From a virus (taxonomy: Duplodnaviria; Caudoviricetes), in the IMG/VR virus record IMGVR_UViG_3300028601_000020: a stretch of DNA of 64,000 nt; one strand, written 5' to 3'. The notes under the pieces were generated by a model that saw only the letters and a program-made list of their open reading frames with translations, was not told the origin of the DNA and did not search any database. A program made the position numbers and the translations under genes. Shown piece by piece: positions 49,764 to 58,623 of the stretch. Positions within the stretch are counted from its first letter, which is position 1, and the number at the start of each line of letters is the position of its first letter.

Positions 49764-51062
49764 ATGTCTGTTTACACAAACAATGTTGGTTTTGAAGAAC
49801 TTTCGGAAAAGTGGAATCCTATTCTTGAAGCAGAGTCAGAGACTCCGATTAAGGATGATTGGAAGAAGAAAGTAACTCTTCGTATGCTTGAGAATCAGGA
49901 AAAAGCAATGATCACTGAGGCTCCTACTAACGTCACTGGTGGCGTTGACAAATGGGATCCAGTTCTCATTTCAATGATTCGTAGAAATGCTCCGAAAATG
50001 ATCGCTTTTGACATTTTTGGTGTTCAGCCAATGTCCGGTCCTACTGGACTTATCTTTGCGATTCGTTCGCGTTATGTAGACGGGGACAAAGATCAGGCGG
50101 GTCCTGAAGCATTCTTTGATGAAGCAAATTCTGGCTTCGCTGGTGTTCGTTCTGACATGACCACTGCTGCATCTACTCCTACATGGACTGGTAATAGTGG
50201 CGGTACTCCTGACGGTACTTTGACTGATCCGACTTCTGTTGATTACGGTTATGGTACTGGTATGACAACTGCTGCTGCTGAATTGCTTGGTTCTACTAAT
50301 GCATGGAACGAGATGGCATTCAGCATTGAGAAAAGTTCTGTAACTGCTACTTCACGCGCATTGAAGGCAACTTGGACCCATGAACTGTCACAAGACCTTA
50401 AAGCGATTCATGGACTGGATGCTGATGCTGAACTTACCAATATTCTGTCTACTGAACTTCTGTCAGAAATCAACCGTGAACTTGTTCGTCGGTGCTACGT
50501 TCTTGCAAAACAGGGTGCATTGATCACTTCTGGTACAACCACAAACGGTGTATACGATCTTGACACTGACTCAAACGGTCGTTGGTCGGTTGAACGTTTC
50601 AAGGGTCTTATGTTCCAGATTGAAAAAGAAGCAAACCTTATTGCTATTCAGACTCGGCGCGGTAAAGGTAACTTCCTTATCGTTTCTGCTGATATCGCTT
50701 CCGCTCTTGCAATGACTGGTCTGCTTGACACTGGTAAGGGTTCTGATTATATGTCTCCGAACATCGTTGATCCTACTGGTATGACTTATATCGGTATGCT
50801 GAATGGTCGCACTAAGGTATTCATTGATCCTTATACTTCAATCAATTCTGTACTGGTTGGGTTCAAAGGATCAAATCAGTATGATGCTGGTGCTTTCTAT
50901 TGTCCTTACGTTCCATTCACTCTTTACAAGTCTCAGGGTCAGGATGACTTCCAGCCACGAATCGGCTTCAAGACTCGTTTTGGTTTTGCTGCTAACCCAT
51001 TCGGTGGCGGTATTGGAGCGAATCCTTACTTCCGTCTGTTCAAGGTTACAAACCTCGGTTAA
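49764..51062 (+). CDS. gp23: major capsid protein gp23
   Basis: 'GVQPMSGPTGLIFAIRSRY', 'EMAFSIEK', 'ELSQDLKAIHGLDADAEL.NILSTE', 'FYCPYVP', 'FQPRIGFKTR'. Confidence 0.98.
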   Translation: MSVYTNNVGFEELSEKWNPILEAESETPIKDDWKKKVTLRMLENQEKAMITEAPTNVTGGVDKWDPVLISMIRRNAPKMIAFDIFGVQPMSGPTGLIFAIRSRYVDGDKDQAGPEAFFDEANSGFAGVRSDMTTAASTPTWTGNSGGTPDGTLTDPTSVDYGYGTGMTTAAAELLGSTNAWNEMAFSIEKSSVTATSRALKATWTHELSQDLKAIHGLDADAELTNILSTELLSEINRELVRRCYVLAKQGALITSGTTTNGVYDLDTDSNGRWSVERFKGLMFQIEKEANLIAIQTRRGKGNFLIVSADIASALAMTGLLDTGKGSDYMSPNIVDPTGMTYIGMLNGRTKVFIDPYTSINSVLVGFKGSNQYDAGAFYCPYVPFTLYKSQGQDDFQPRIGFKTRFGFAANPFGGGIGANPYFRLFKVTNLG

Positions 51063-51067
51063 TTTTA

Positions 51068-51096
51068 TTGACAAAAATTAACCTTTGAAGTATGCT
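51068..51096 (+). promoter_or_regulatory. sigma70-like promoter abutting the gp23 terminator
   Basis: TTGACA-17 nt-TATGCT. Confidence 0.5.
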
Positions 51097-51128
51097 AAGA
51101 GGGTTGGGTAAAACCAACCCTCTTTTTT
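51097..51128 (+). terminator. intrinsic terminator after gp23
   Basis: AAGAGGGTTGG / CCAACCCTCTT stem followed by a T tract. Confidence 0.88.
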
Positions 51129-51181
51129 GTTGTAAAATTTTGCATGGATATCCAACATGATTTTTTGTAATTTTTCAAAAG

Positions 51182-51189
51182 TATAAATA
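51182..51189 (+). promoter_or_regulatory. T4-type late promoter
   Basis: TATAAATA with no ORF before the next terminator. Confidence 0.75.
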
Positions 51190-51192
51190 ATA

Positions 51193-51266
51193 GTATAATA
51201 ATGATCATTATGCAGTTTCTCCTTTCTCCTTGCGGGACCGGTCCTCCTTCCGGTCCCGCATTTTTT
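51193..51266 (+). ncRNA. candidate small RNA with three anti-Shine-Dalgarno (CUCCU) motifs
   Basis: Late promoter, then TTTCTCCTTTCTCCT, then 11-bp GC stem TGCGGGACCGG/CCGGTCCCGCA with loop TCCTCCTT and T6. Confidence 0.6.
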
Positions 51267-51314
51267 GTTTGACTTCCAAGATAAATACATATATATTGTG
51301 CGAATAGTTTAACA

Positions 51315-51620
51315 ATGTACCCCATAAGGAGTCCCATGAAAGAAATCATAACAACCTTGGATATTTTCGGAAAATTTGAAGAATACGAAGAGGATAGATC
51401 CATAGAATCGGGTATGTTTCAACTAAGTGAATATTCTCTTTATAACGAAGATGACGGTAAAGTTTATATCACCGATGATCTTGGAAGAACTCTTGCGCTT
51501 TCATTTACAAATGGAGGGTATGTGATTAATGATCTCATGAAACACAAACAATATGACACGGTAACCGATGTGCTTGATATGCTTATTTCTGCTGACTTGG
51601 TTGCCCCAGGAGAAAATTAA
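51315..51620 (+). CDS. hypothetical protein
   Basis: ORF coupled to gp3; AAGGAG precedes the second Met, so the start may be later. Confidence 0.65.
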   Translation: MYPIRSPMKEIITTLDIFGKFEEYEEDRSIESGMFQLSEYSLYNEDDGKVYITDDLGRTLALSFTNGGYVINDLMKHKQYDTVTDVLDMLISADLVAPGEN

Positions 51621-52141
51621 TGCCAGATTTAGATTTAGGTAAAAAATTAAATATCACAAAAGACGCAAATTTTCATTTCGGTATTCCAGAATTACCGTTA
51701 TTCTCTCTGTTCTGTCAAACTCTTGATCTTCCAAGTGTAACTCTAGGGGTTGCAGAACAGCCAACTCCTTTGGTTGAAGTGAAGCATCCCGGAGATAAAA
51801 TTGTCTTTGAGGATCTTATGGTTTCGTTTCTTGTAGACGAAGAATTAACAAATTATCTTGAAGTTTTCAAGTGGATAATGCACTTAGGATATCCAAGAAG
51901 CACTGCACAGTATAGAAAACTTGTTCAACAAGATACTGTTTACACGCGAAAGCATGAATTACAATGTTCATTATTGACAAATAAAATGAATTTTAGACAG
52001 AGGGTTGTTTTTGTTGGTGCTTTTCCAACAAATCTTTCAACTTTGCCATTTATGACAAACAATGAAGGAGTTGGGCATTTAACTGCAACAGTAACTTTTG
52101 CCTACGATTATTTTTATTTTGAAAAAGACACGACGATTTAG
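51620..52141 (+). CDS. gp3: tail completion / tube terminator gp3-like
   Basis: 'FCQTLDLPSVTLG', 'PGDKIVFEDL.V.FLVDEELTNY.EVFKW', 'FPTNLS', 'ATVTFAY'. Confidence 0.85.
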   Translation: MPDLDLGKKLNITKDANFHFGIPELPLFSLFCQTLDLPSVTLGVAEQPTPLVEVKHPGDKIVFEDLMVSFLVDEELTNYLEVFKWIMHLGYPRSTAQYRKLVQQDTVYTRKHELQCSLLTNKMNFRQRVVFVGAFPTNLSTLPFMTNNEGVGHLTATVTFAYDYFYFEKDTTI

Positions 52142-52149
52142 GAGGATGA

Positions 52150-52584
52150 ATGAGTCTTTATGAACTTACAAGCGAAGCAGAAAAAGACCTTGAAATTGAC
52201 AGGTCGCAACTTGATGTTGAGGCATTGCGAACCCCAAAAATCCATAATAGATGGCTCAAAAAGTTATATCAACGAAAAGACAAAATATTTGCGCTTGAAC
52301 TGAAGAAAAAAATTCTCATGAAAGAGAAGTGGCTTTATTATACTGGTAAAGCCAGCAATGAAACGTATGTTAAAGATGGCTCTTTTCATCTTAAATTGAT
52401 GAAGCAGGAAGTTCCCATGTTTGTTGAAGCTGATGAACAGATACAGGAAATTGATGTAAAAATTCATGTTGTTAAACAGGAAGTTGAATTTATTCAAAAG
52501 ACGATTGAAGAAGTGAACCGGCGACAATGGACTATTGGAAATGCGATTAAAGCATTAAAATTCATGAATGGTGAGTTTTCTTAA
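52150..52584 (+). CDS. uvsY: recombination mediator UvsY
   Basis: 'DLEID...LD.E.L..PKIH', 'KWLYYTGKA', 'RQWTIGNAI'. Confidence 0.9.
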   Translation: MSLYELTSEAEKDLEIDRSQLDVEALRTPKIHNRWLKKLYQRKDKIFALELKKKILMKEKWLYYTGKASNETYVKDGSFHLKLMKQEVPMFVEADEQIQEIDVKIHVVKQEVEFIQKTIEEVNRRQWTIGNAIKALKFMNGEFS

Positions 52585-53356
52585 ATTTACAGTTATTAAA
52601 ATGCCACCTTTGCATGATGCCGCTTCCACCAATCTTACCACAATGAGGGCATATTAGTTTGGGTTTGGGTTTTCCTTTAGAAGCAATGCTCATTCTTTGT
52701 TTTGTTTCTTCTGATTTTTGTTTACCTTTATTAGCATTACTTATTTTTAGTTTTGTTTCTTCAGAAGGTTTTCTTCCCACACAAAGCATTCTCATCTTGT
52801 TTCTATATTCTTCATCTTTCCATTTTAACTTAGATTGTTCACTTATTTTTTGTTTTGTTTCATCGTTATGATGTTTTCCAAACAAAGGATGGCTTTCTTT
52901 ATTAGAAAGCCTTTCTTTTGCTTTAATGCTTAAAACGATTTTTTCATCTTCTGTTTTAGAAATTCCCTTATTCCATGCTTTTTTCCCTTTCATTCCAGAA
53001 GGTTTACCTTTATGATATTCTCCTATTTTTCTTTTTGATTCTTCAGTGTGAAATGTTATTCCCAAACCACCAATCATAAGATTATAAGTGTCTTTGCTAT
53101 TTACAAATTTCTCATTGACTATTTCTTTCTCTTTGGCGAATGCTTCTTCTGGTGTGTAGAAGACATGAAGTGTTTCACGAATGAAATTCTTTTTACCGTA
53201 CTTCTTTATTGCATTGATGAGAAGAATGCCTGAACCGAAATATCCATCAAATAAAATGGGGAAATGAAATTTCTGTTTATGTTTGCCAATATAAAATTTT
53301 CCGTTGACAAGATTGGTAGTTTTGTATACAATATAAATATGTTTAGATTCTGACAT
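52562..53356 (-). CDS. GIY-YIG (Seg-like) homing endonuclease with NUMOD3 repeats
   Basis: 'IVYKTTNLVNGKFYIGKH', 'YFGSG', 'YGKKNFIRE', 'HTEESKRKI', C-terminal CPHC; paralogue of 44568..45407. Confidence 0.9.
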   Translation of the reverse strand: MSESKHIYIVYKTTNLVNGKFYIGKHKQKFHFPILFDGYFGSGILLINAIKKYGKKNFIRETLHVFYTPEEAFAKEKEIVNEKFVNSKDTYNLMIGGLGITFHTEESKRKIGEYHKGKPSGMKGKKAWNKGISKTEDEKIVLSIKAKERLSNKESHPLFGKHHNDETKQKISEQSKLKWKDEEYRNKMRMLCVGRKPSEETKLKISNANKGKQKSEETKQRMSIASKGKPKPKLICPHCGKIGGSGIMQRWHFNNCKFKKTHHS

Positions 53357-53429
53357 GCTATACCTCGAATATAGATGTTGGGGTTTAGGTTCGCAAGAGA
53401 ATTGGCGTTCTCTTGCGAACTGCTTTTTG

Positions 53430-53443
53430 TATAAGTATTTATA
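53430..53443. promoter_or_regulatory. overlapping divergent late promoters
   Basis: TATAAGTA (+, 53430-37) and TATAAATA (-, 53443-36). Confidence 0.55.
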
Positions 53444-53472
53444 CTTTTAACAATTTTAAACGGGATGAATGT

Positions 53473-53715
53473 ATGAAAACATACAAGGAAATAACGGAAG
53501 AAACTTGCCCTAACATTAAAGCAATGGATATCGGTATTGTTGAAGAGGAAAAAGCAGTCAAATTGTATTCAAAATTAATGTTAGAAGCGACAAATCCTCA
53601 TGTTAAAAAACTCTTAAAGCATATTATTGAAGAGGAAGAACACCACATTGAAGAATTCAAAAAGATGAAAAATGAACTTCAAGGAGAAGTGGTAATTCCA
53701 AGCGTTGAGCATTAA
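53473..53715 (+). CDS. small ferritin/rubrerythrin-like protein (80 aa)
   Basis: 'EEEKAVKLY....ATNPHVKKLLKHIIEEEEHHIEEF' is a ferritin-like helix pair with ExxH; N-terminal MKTYKEITEE. Confidence 0.7.
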   Translation: MKTYKEITEETCPNIKAMDIGIVEEEKAVKLYSKLMLEATNPHVKKLLKHIIEEEEHHIEEFKKMKNELQGEVVIPSVEH

Positions 53716-53735
53716 ACAAACTGAAAGGAGAAAGA

Positions 53736-55313
53736 GTGAATTCTGATGAAATTCATGTGGCATTATTAAATGCCACATACATGCAAATTGCGGCCGATGA
53801 AGGGATACTTCGGGAACTTCATGAATATTTTACTTTTGATGTTCCCGGAGCAAAGTTCATGCCGCTTTATAAACACAAGGTTTGGGACGGGAAAAAACGT
53901 CTTTTTAACCTTGCCAATCAAACTTTGTACACAGGGTTGTTTTTTAAGCTGGAGGAATTCGCAGGATCGCGCCAGTTAAAGATTATTTCTTATGACGAGT
54001 CTCTAGTTGCGCTTGATAAGAAATGCAATACAAGCGATTTTAAGGCGTTTCTAGGGGATTTGTCTCCTCAGTCAAAAAATGAAGACATTAAACCTCATTT
54101 GTATCAAGAGGAAGCAATCCTTTATTGCATAAACAATCCTCGTTCAACTGTTGTATCCCCAACATCTTCCGGAAAGTCTCTTATCATCTATTCATTGATT
54201 CGCTGGTATCTTAATCAGAACCCGTCAATGAATATCCTTCTGGTCGTTCCTACTGTTTCTTTGGTTCTTCAGATGTATTCTGATTTTCAAGATTATTCAA
54301 CAAAAAATGGTTTCAATACAGAAAAACATTGCCATAAAATCTATAGCGGACAAGAAAAGAACACCAACAAGCCTGTTATTATTTCAACGTGGCAGTCCAT
54401 GCAAAATATGAAAAAGCAATATTTTCAGCGTTTTGATATGGTAATTGTTGATGAAGTTCATGGAGCAGCATCAAAAGAGTTGTCCAGCATCATGGAATCC
54501 TCTTCTAATGCTTATATTCGCTATGGGTTTACTGGGACCCTTCAAGACACAAAATGTCATAAACTTGTTATCCTCGGTCATTTTGGTGCAGAAAAGAAAG
54601 TAATTGAAACAAAGGAATTGATGGATAAAGGATTTATCTCTCAATTAATGATAAACTGCATCGTTTTTGAGTATACAGAAGAAAGTGCAATTGAATTAAG
54701 GAAAAAAATTACTGCCGCGAAGAAAGGCAAAAATAAAAAATCTGTCGCTGCAATAGGATATGCAACGGAAATTGACCATATTGTTTCTCATGAAGACAGG
54801 ATGAATAATCTTGTAGCCTTGTCTTTGTCTTTGAAAAATAATTCTCTTATATTGTTCAATTTAGTTGACAAACATGGAAAAGTGATTTACAATAGAATAA
54901 AATATGAAATAGAAAATCGCAAAATTGATAAAAAGGTGTATTTTATTGATGGAAGTGTGAAAGCAGAGACAAGAGAAGATTACAGAGCCTTGATGGAAAA
55001 GAATGATAACATTATTTTAGTGGCATCATACGGAACAACGTCAACTGGCGTTTCAATAAAAAATATCCACAACGTTATTTTTGCAAGTCCGTCAAAGTCA
55101 AAAATCAAAGTTTTACAGTCAATTGGCCGTGGGCTAAGAAAAAACGAAAATAAAGACAGAGTGGTACTTTATGACATAGTTGATAAGATTTCATATACGA
55201 CTAGACAAGGGAACGAAAAAACAAATTATGTGTTTCATCATTTTTTAGAAAGGTGGAAAATATATAAACATGAAGGGTTTAACTATAAAATTCATTCACG
55301 AAAGATTAAATGA
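53736..55313 (+). CDS. uvsW: DNA helicase UvsW
   Basis: 'FTFDVPGAKFMP.Y..KVWDG', 'SPTSSGKS', 'DEVH', 'TGT', 'LQSIGRGLR'. Confidence 0.96.
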   Translation: MNSDEIHVALLNATYMQIAADEGILRELHEYFTFDVPGAKFMPLYKHKVWDGKKRLFNLANQTLYTGLFFKLEEFAGSRQLKIISYDESLVALDKKCNTSDFKAFLGDLSPQSKNEDIKPHLYQEEAILYCINNPRSTVVSPTSSGKSLIIYSLIRWYLNQNPSMNILLVVPTVSLVLQMYSDFQDYSTKNGFNTEKHCHKIYSGQEKNTNKPVIISTWQSMQNMKKQYFQRFDMVIVDEVHGAASKELSSIMESSSNAYIRYGFTGTLQDTKCHKLVILGHFGAEKKVIETKELMDKGFISQLMINCIVFEYTEESAIELRKKITAAKKGKNKKSVAAIGYATEIDHIVSHEDRMNNLVALSLSLKNNSLILFNLVDKHGKVIYNRIKYEIENRKIDKKVYFIDGSVKAETREDYRALMEKNDNIILVASYGTTSTGVSIKNIHNVIFASPSKSKIKVLQSIGRGLRKNENKDRVVLYDIVDKISYTTRQGNEKTNYVFHHFLERWKIYKHEGFNYKIHSRKIK

Positions 55314-55879
55314 AAAAATCATCCAAGAAAAATCATTATGTTGACAACAAACTATTTACGGAGACTCTTTCCGCGTATATCAAAGAAAAAGAAACAAATC
55401 AAAATCTTTCTTTGAATAAATTTAAGGGCGGGGAATATATTGGTCAGTGTATTCTTGATATTTGTTATAATTTAGCGAATAAAACCAATTTTATAGGATA
55501 CACGTTCAAAGAAGAAATGATTGAAGACGCTGTTGAGAACTGTGTCAAAGCGGCGATTAATTTTAAACCAGAGATTTCAACGAATGCATTTGGGTACTTC
55601 ACCCAAGTTGCTTTTCATGCTTTTGTGCGAAGAATCAAGACAGAAGCCCGCCATCAAGAAAAATTTCTTCGCGTCCTTTCTGATGATGATCAAATCAGTG
55701 AATTGATGGATCAACATTTTGACGGTAATACAGATATCCCTGTTGATTCTAGGCAGTTTATTGAATCAATACACGCTTTGCTTGCAGAAAATAACCAATT
55801 GATTGAATTTGTGCAACCAACAATTAAGCAAAAAGAAAAGCAGAGAATTATTTCTGTTTTTGATGATTTCATGGGTTAA
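55310..55879 (+). CDS. gp55: late transcription sigma factor gp55
   Basis: 'HYVDNK', 'YIGQCIL.I...LA...NFIGYTFKEEMIEDAVENC', 'NAFGYFTQ'. Confidence 0.95.
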   Translation: MKKSSKKNHYVDNKLFTETLSAYIKEKETNQNLSLNKFKGGEYIGQCILDICYNLANKTNFIGYTFKEEMIEDAVENCVKAAINFKPEISTNAFGYFTQVAFHAFVRRIKTEARHQEKFLRVLSDDDQISELMDQHFDGNTDIPVDSRQFIESIHALLAENNQLIEFVQPTIKQKEKQRIISVFDDFMG

Positions 55880-55881
55880 AA

Positions 55882-56919
55882 ATGGCCATCGTTGCGATAA
55901 TCGGAGATACCCATTTTGGTGCGTCAAATTCAAATGATTTCTTTCTTCAGTATCAGGAAGGTTTTTTCAGAGAACTTATTCCAGTTCTCAAAGAAAACAA
56001 TGTTACTGATTTTATTCATTTGGGTGACGTTTACGATATTAGAAAAGCAATAAATTACAAAACTCTCAAAAAGACCCATAAATTTTTTACTGAAATTTTA
56101 CAAGAATCCGGCTTCAATATTCATCTTATTGTTGGCAATCATGATTCGTATTATAAAAGCTCTCTTGAAATAAATGCAGTTAGAGAACTTTTAGGATGGA
56201 CTGGATTTAATATTTATGACGCTCCGGAAGAAATTTCAATTGATTCATCTAAATTTTTGATGGTTCCTTGGATTTGTCCTGATAATCAAGAAAAATGTCT
56301 TTCAATGATTGATAATTCTTTGGCTGATGTGTGTTGTGGTCATTTTGATATATCCGGCTTTTATATGATGAAAAATGTTATTAATCAGACAGGTCTTGCA
56401 TCCTCTTTATTTGATAAATTCAAACGTACTTTTTCAGGTCATTTCCACATACCAAGTAATCATAGCAAAATAATTTACGTCGGAAGTCCTTATGAATTGT
56501 CGTGGAATGATTATAATGATCTAAAGCGGACTGTCCTTTATGATACAGAGACAGACAAGATAACCTTTCTTGAAAACCATGAAACAATTTTTGAAAAGGT
56601 GTTTTATGGCGAAAAAAGTTCTATCAAAATACTGGAAGAGACTGATTTTTCTAATAAAATCCTGAAAGTTTATGTTGATCAGAAAAATAATGGATACGAA
56701 TTTGATATTTTCTTGAAAAAAATCAAAGACTCGAATCCTCACTTGCTTACTGTGGTTGAAAATGTTAATATCGTGGAAGATGAACAAATTCACGAATTCA
56801 TAAAAAAAGACACTCTTGAATTTTTGACCGAATACATTGATGAATCTGAATTAGAAAATGGGTATGAACTAAAAATGCTTATGGGCGAACTTTACAACCA
56901 AGCTCAAGAAATTAAATGA
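55882..56919 (+). CDS. gp47: recombination endonuclease subunit gp47 (Mre11/SbcD-like)
   Basis: 'GDTHFG', 'HLGDVYD', 'VGNHD', 'SGHFH', 'YVGSPYEL.W.D'. Confidence 0.95.
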   Translation: MAIVAIIGDTHFGASNSNDFFLQYQEGFFRELIPVLKENNVTDFIHLGDVYDIRKAINYKTLKKTHKFFTEILQESGFNIHLIVGNHDSYYKSSLEINAVRELLGWTGFNIYDAPEEISIDSSKFLMVPWICPDNQEKCLSMIDNSLADVCCGHFDISGFYMMKNVINQTGLASSLFDKFKRTFSGHFHIPSNHSKIIYVGSPYELSWNDYNDLKRTVLYDTETDKITFLENHETIFEKVFYGEKSSIKILEETDFSNKILKVYVDQKNNGYEFDIFLKKIKDSNPHLLTVVENVNIVEDEQIHEFIKKDTLEFLTEYIDESELENGYELKMLMGELYNQAQEIK

Positions 56920-58622
56920 TTAAAATACAGAAAGTAAAATTCAAAAATTTATTCTCGTTTGGTAACGTGCCAACTGTAATTGACATTGAAAAAGCACAAA
57001 AAACCATTATTACTGGAATAAACGGGCATGGTAAGTCAACCCTCATTACTGCTATTTGTTTTGGTCTTTTCGGAAAAGCATTTAGAGATATCAAGAAAGG
57101 CGGATTGATAAACAATATCAACAAATCTGATCTTTTGGTTGAAATTGATTTTTCAATCAAAACAAATCAATATAAAGTCATTCGTGGTATTTCTCCTAAT
57201 ATTTTTGAAATCTATACTAATGGAGTTCTCCTTCAGCAAGAGGCTTCCACAAAAGACTATCAACGGATTCTTGAAACCGAAATTCTTAATCTGAATTACA
57301 AGACGTTTACCCAAATTGTTGTTCTTGGATCGTCTAATTATATTCCGTTTATGAAGTTGCCTTCTGCTCATAGAAGGGAAATCATTGAAGACATTTTGAA
57401 CATTTCAATATTTTCAAAGATGAATGAATTGTTGAAACAACGTTTGAAAGATAATGAAATTGAAATGAATTTACAGGAGAATAAAAAGGAGTTCACGAAA
57501 AAACAATATAAAATTCTTTTTGAAAAATATAAATGTTCAGCTAGGTCAAAAGAAGAAAGAATAAGAATAAGAAAAAATGGTATTGAAGAAACAGAGCAAA
57601 AAATTTTTGATATATCTGAACAAATAAGTTTCAATAAACTTTCTTTGAAAGAAGTCCAAGACTATAAATCTCTTTCTCGTTCAAAGAAAGAACTTGAAGG
57701 ATTCCTTCATAAAATAGAAAGCAATCTTTCAAGAGCAAAAAAAGAAATTGAATTTTATGAAAATAATGATAAATGCCCAAAGTGCAACAAAGACTTGGAT
57801 GAAAACCACAAAGACAAACACCTAAAAATTCTTATTGCAGCAAGAGAAAAATATCTTGCTGCTTTGGAAGAGTTAAATTCTCGAATTTTGAATATTGACA
57901 ATCAAATAAAAGCAGAAAAGAACAAAGAAAAAGAGAATACACGGATTGAACAAGAGATTACAAAATTGAAGTACCAGTTATCCTCTCAAAAAGATCATTT
58001 GGTTATCCTAAAAAGAGATGTGAAAGACATAAAAGAGGAAACAAATGAAATTATTAGTTACGATGAACTTGAAGCACTGAAAAATGACGTAAAAAGTATT
58101 GACGCGGAAGTTAAATCTCTGTACACTAAACAAAACATTATGAAACAGGGATTGTTTATTCTGAAAGATTCTGGGGCAAAAACAAGGATCATTAATTTTT
58201 ATCTTCCGTTGATTAACAAGACAATCAACGAATATTTGGAGAAATTCAACTTTAATATTTTGTTCAATTTTGACGAAAATTTTGATGAATCTTGTAAGGC
58301 ACGGAATTATGATTCGTTTCAATACGGTAATTTTTCTGAAGGAGAACGTTTGCGAATTGATCTTTCTCTTATGTTTACATGGAGAGAAATTGCTAAAAGA
58401 AAAAATTCTGCATCGGTAAATCTGTTATTTTTTGACGAAATTCTTGATTCTGCGATGGATGTAAACGGCATTGAAAATTTCTTGGAGATTATTTCTGAAT
58501 ATGAAAAGGACGTTTCGTTTTTTGTCATATCTCATAGAGAAGGAGTTGATTCGTTTTTTGATCGTCATATAGTAGCAGAAAAAACTAACGGATTTTCAAA
58601 ATATATTGAAAAGGACAGATAG
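56916..58622 (+). CDS. gp46: recombination endonuclease subunit gp46 (Rad50/SbcC-like)
   Basis: 'GINGHGKST' Walker A, CPKC zinc hook, 'FSEGE', 'FFDE', 'ISH'. Confidence 0.96.
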   Translation: MIKIQKVKFKNLFSFGNVPTVIDIEKAQKTIITGINGHGKSTLITAICFGLFGKAFRDIKKGGLINNINKSDLLVEIDFSIKTNQYKVIRGISPNIFEIYTNGVLLQQEASTKDYQRILETEILNLNYKTFTQIVVLGSSNYIPFMKLPSAHRREIIEDILNISIFSKMNELLKQRLKDNEIEMNLQENKKEFTKKQYKILFEKYKCSARSKEERIRIRKNGIEETEQKIFDISEQISFNKLSLKEVQDYKSLSRSKKELEGFLHKIESNLSRAKKEIEFYENNDKCPKCNKDLDENHKDKHLKILIAAREKYLAALEELNSRILNIDNQIKAEKNKEKENTRIEQEITKLKYQLSSQKDHLVILKRDVKDIKEETNEIISYDELEALKNDVKSIDAEVKSLYTKQNIMKQGLFILKDSGAKTRIINFYLPLINKTINEYLEKFNFNILFNFDENFDESCKARNYDSFQYGNFSEGERLRIDLSLMFTWREIAKRKNSASVNLLFFDEILDSAMDVNGIENFLEIISEYEKDVSFFVISHREGVDSFFDRHIVAEKTNGFSKYIEKDR

Positions 58623-58623
58623 T

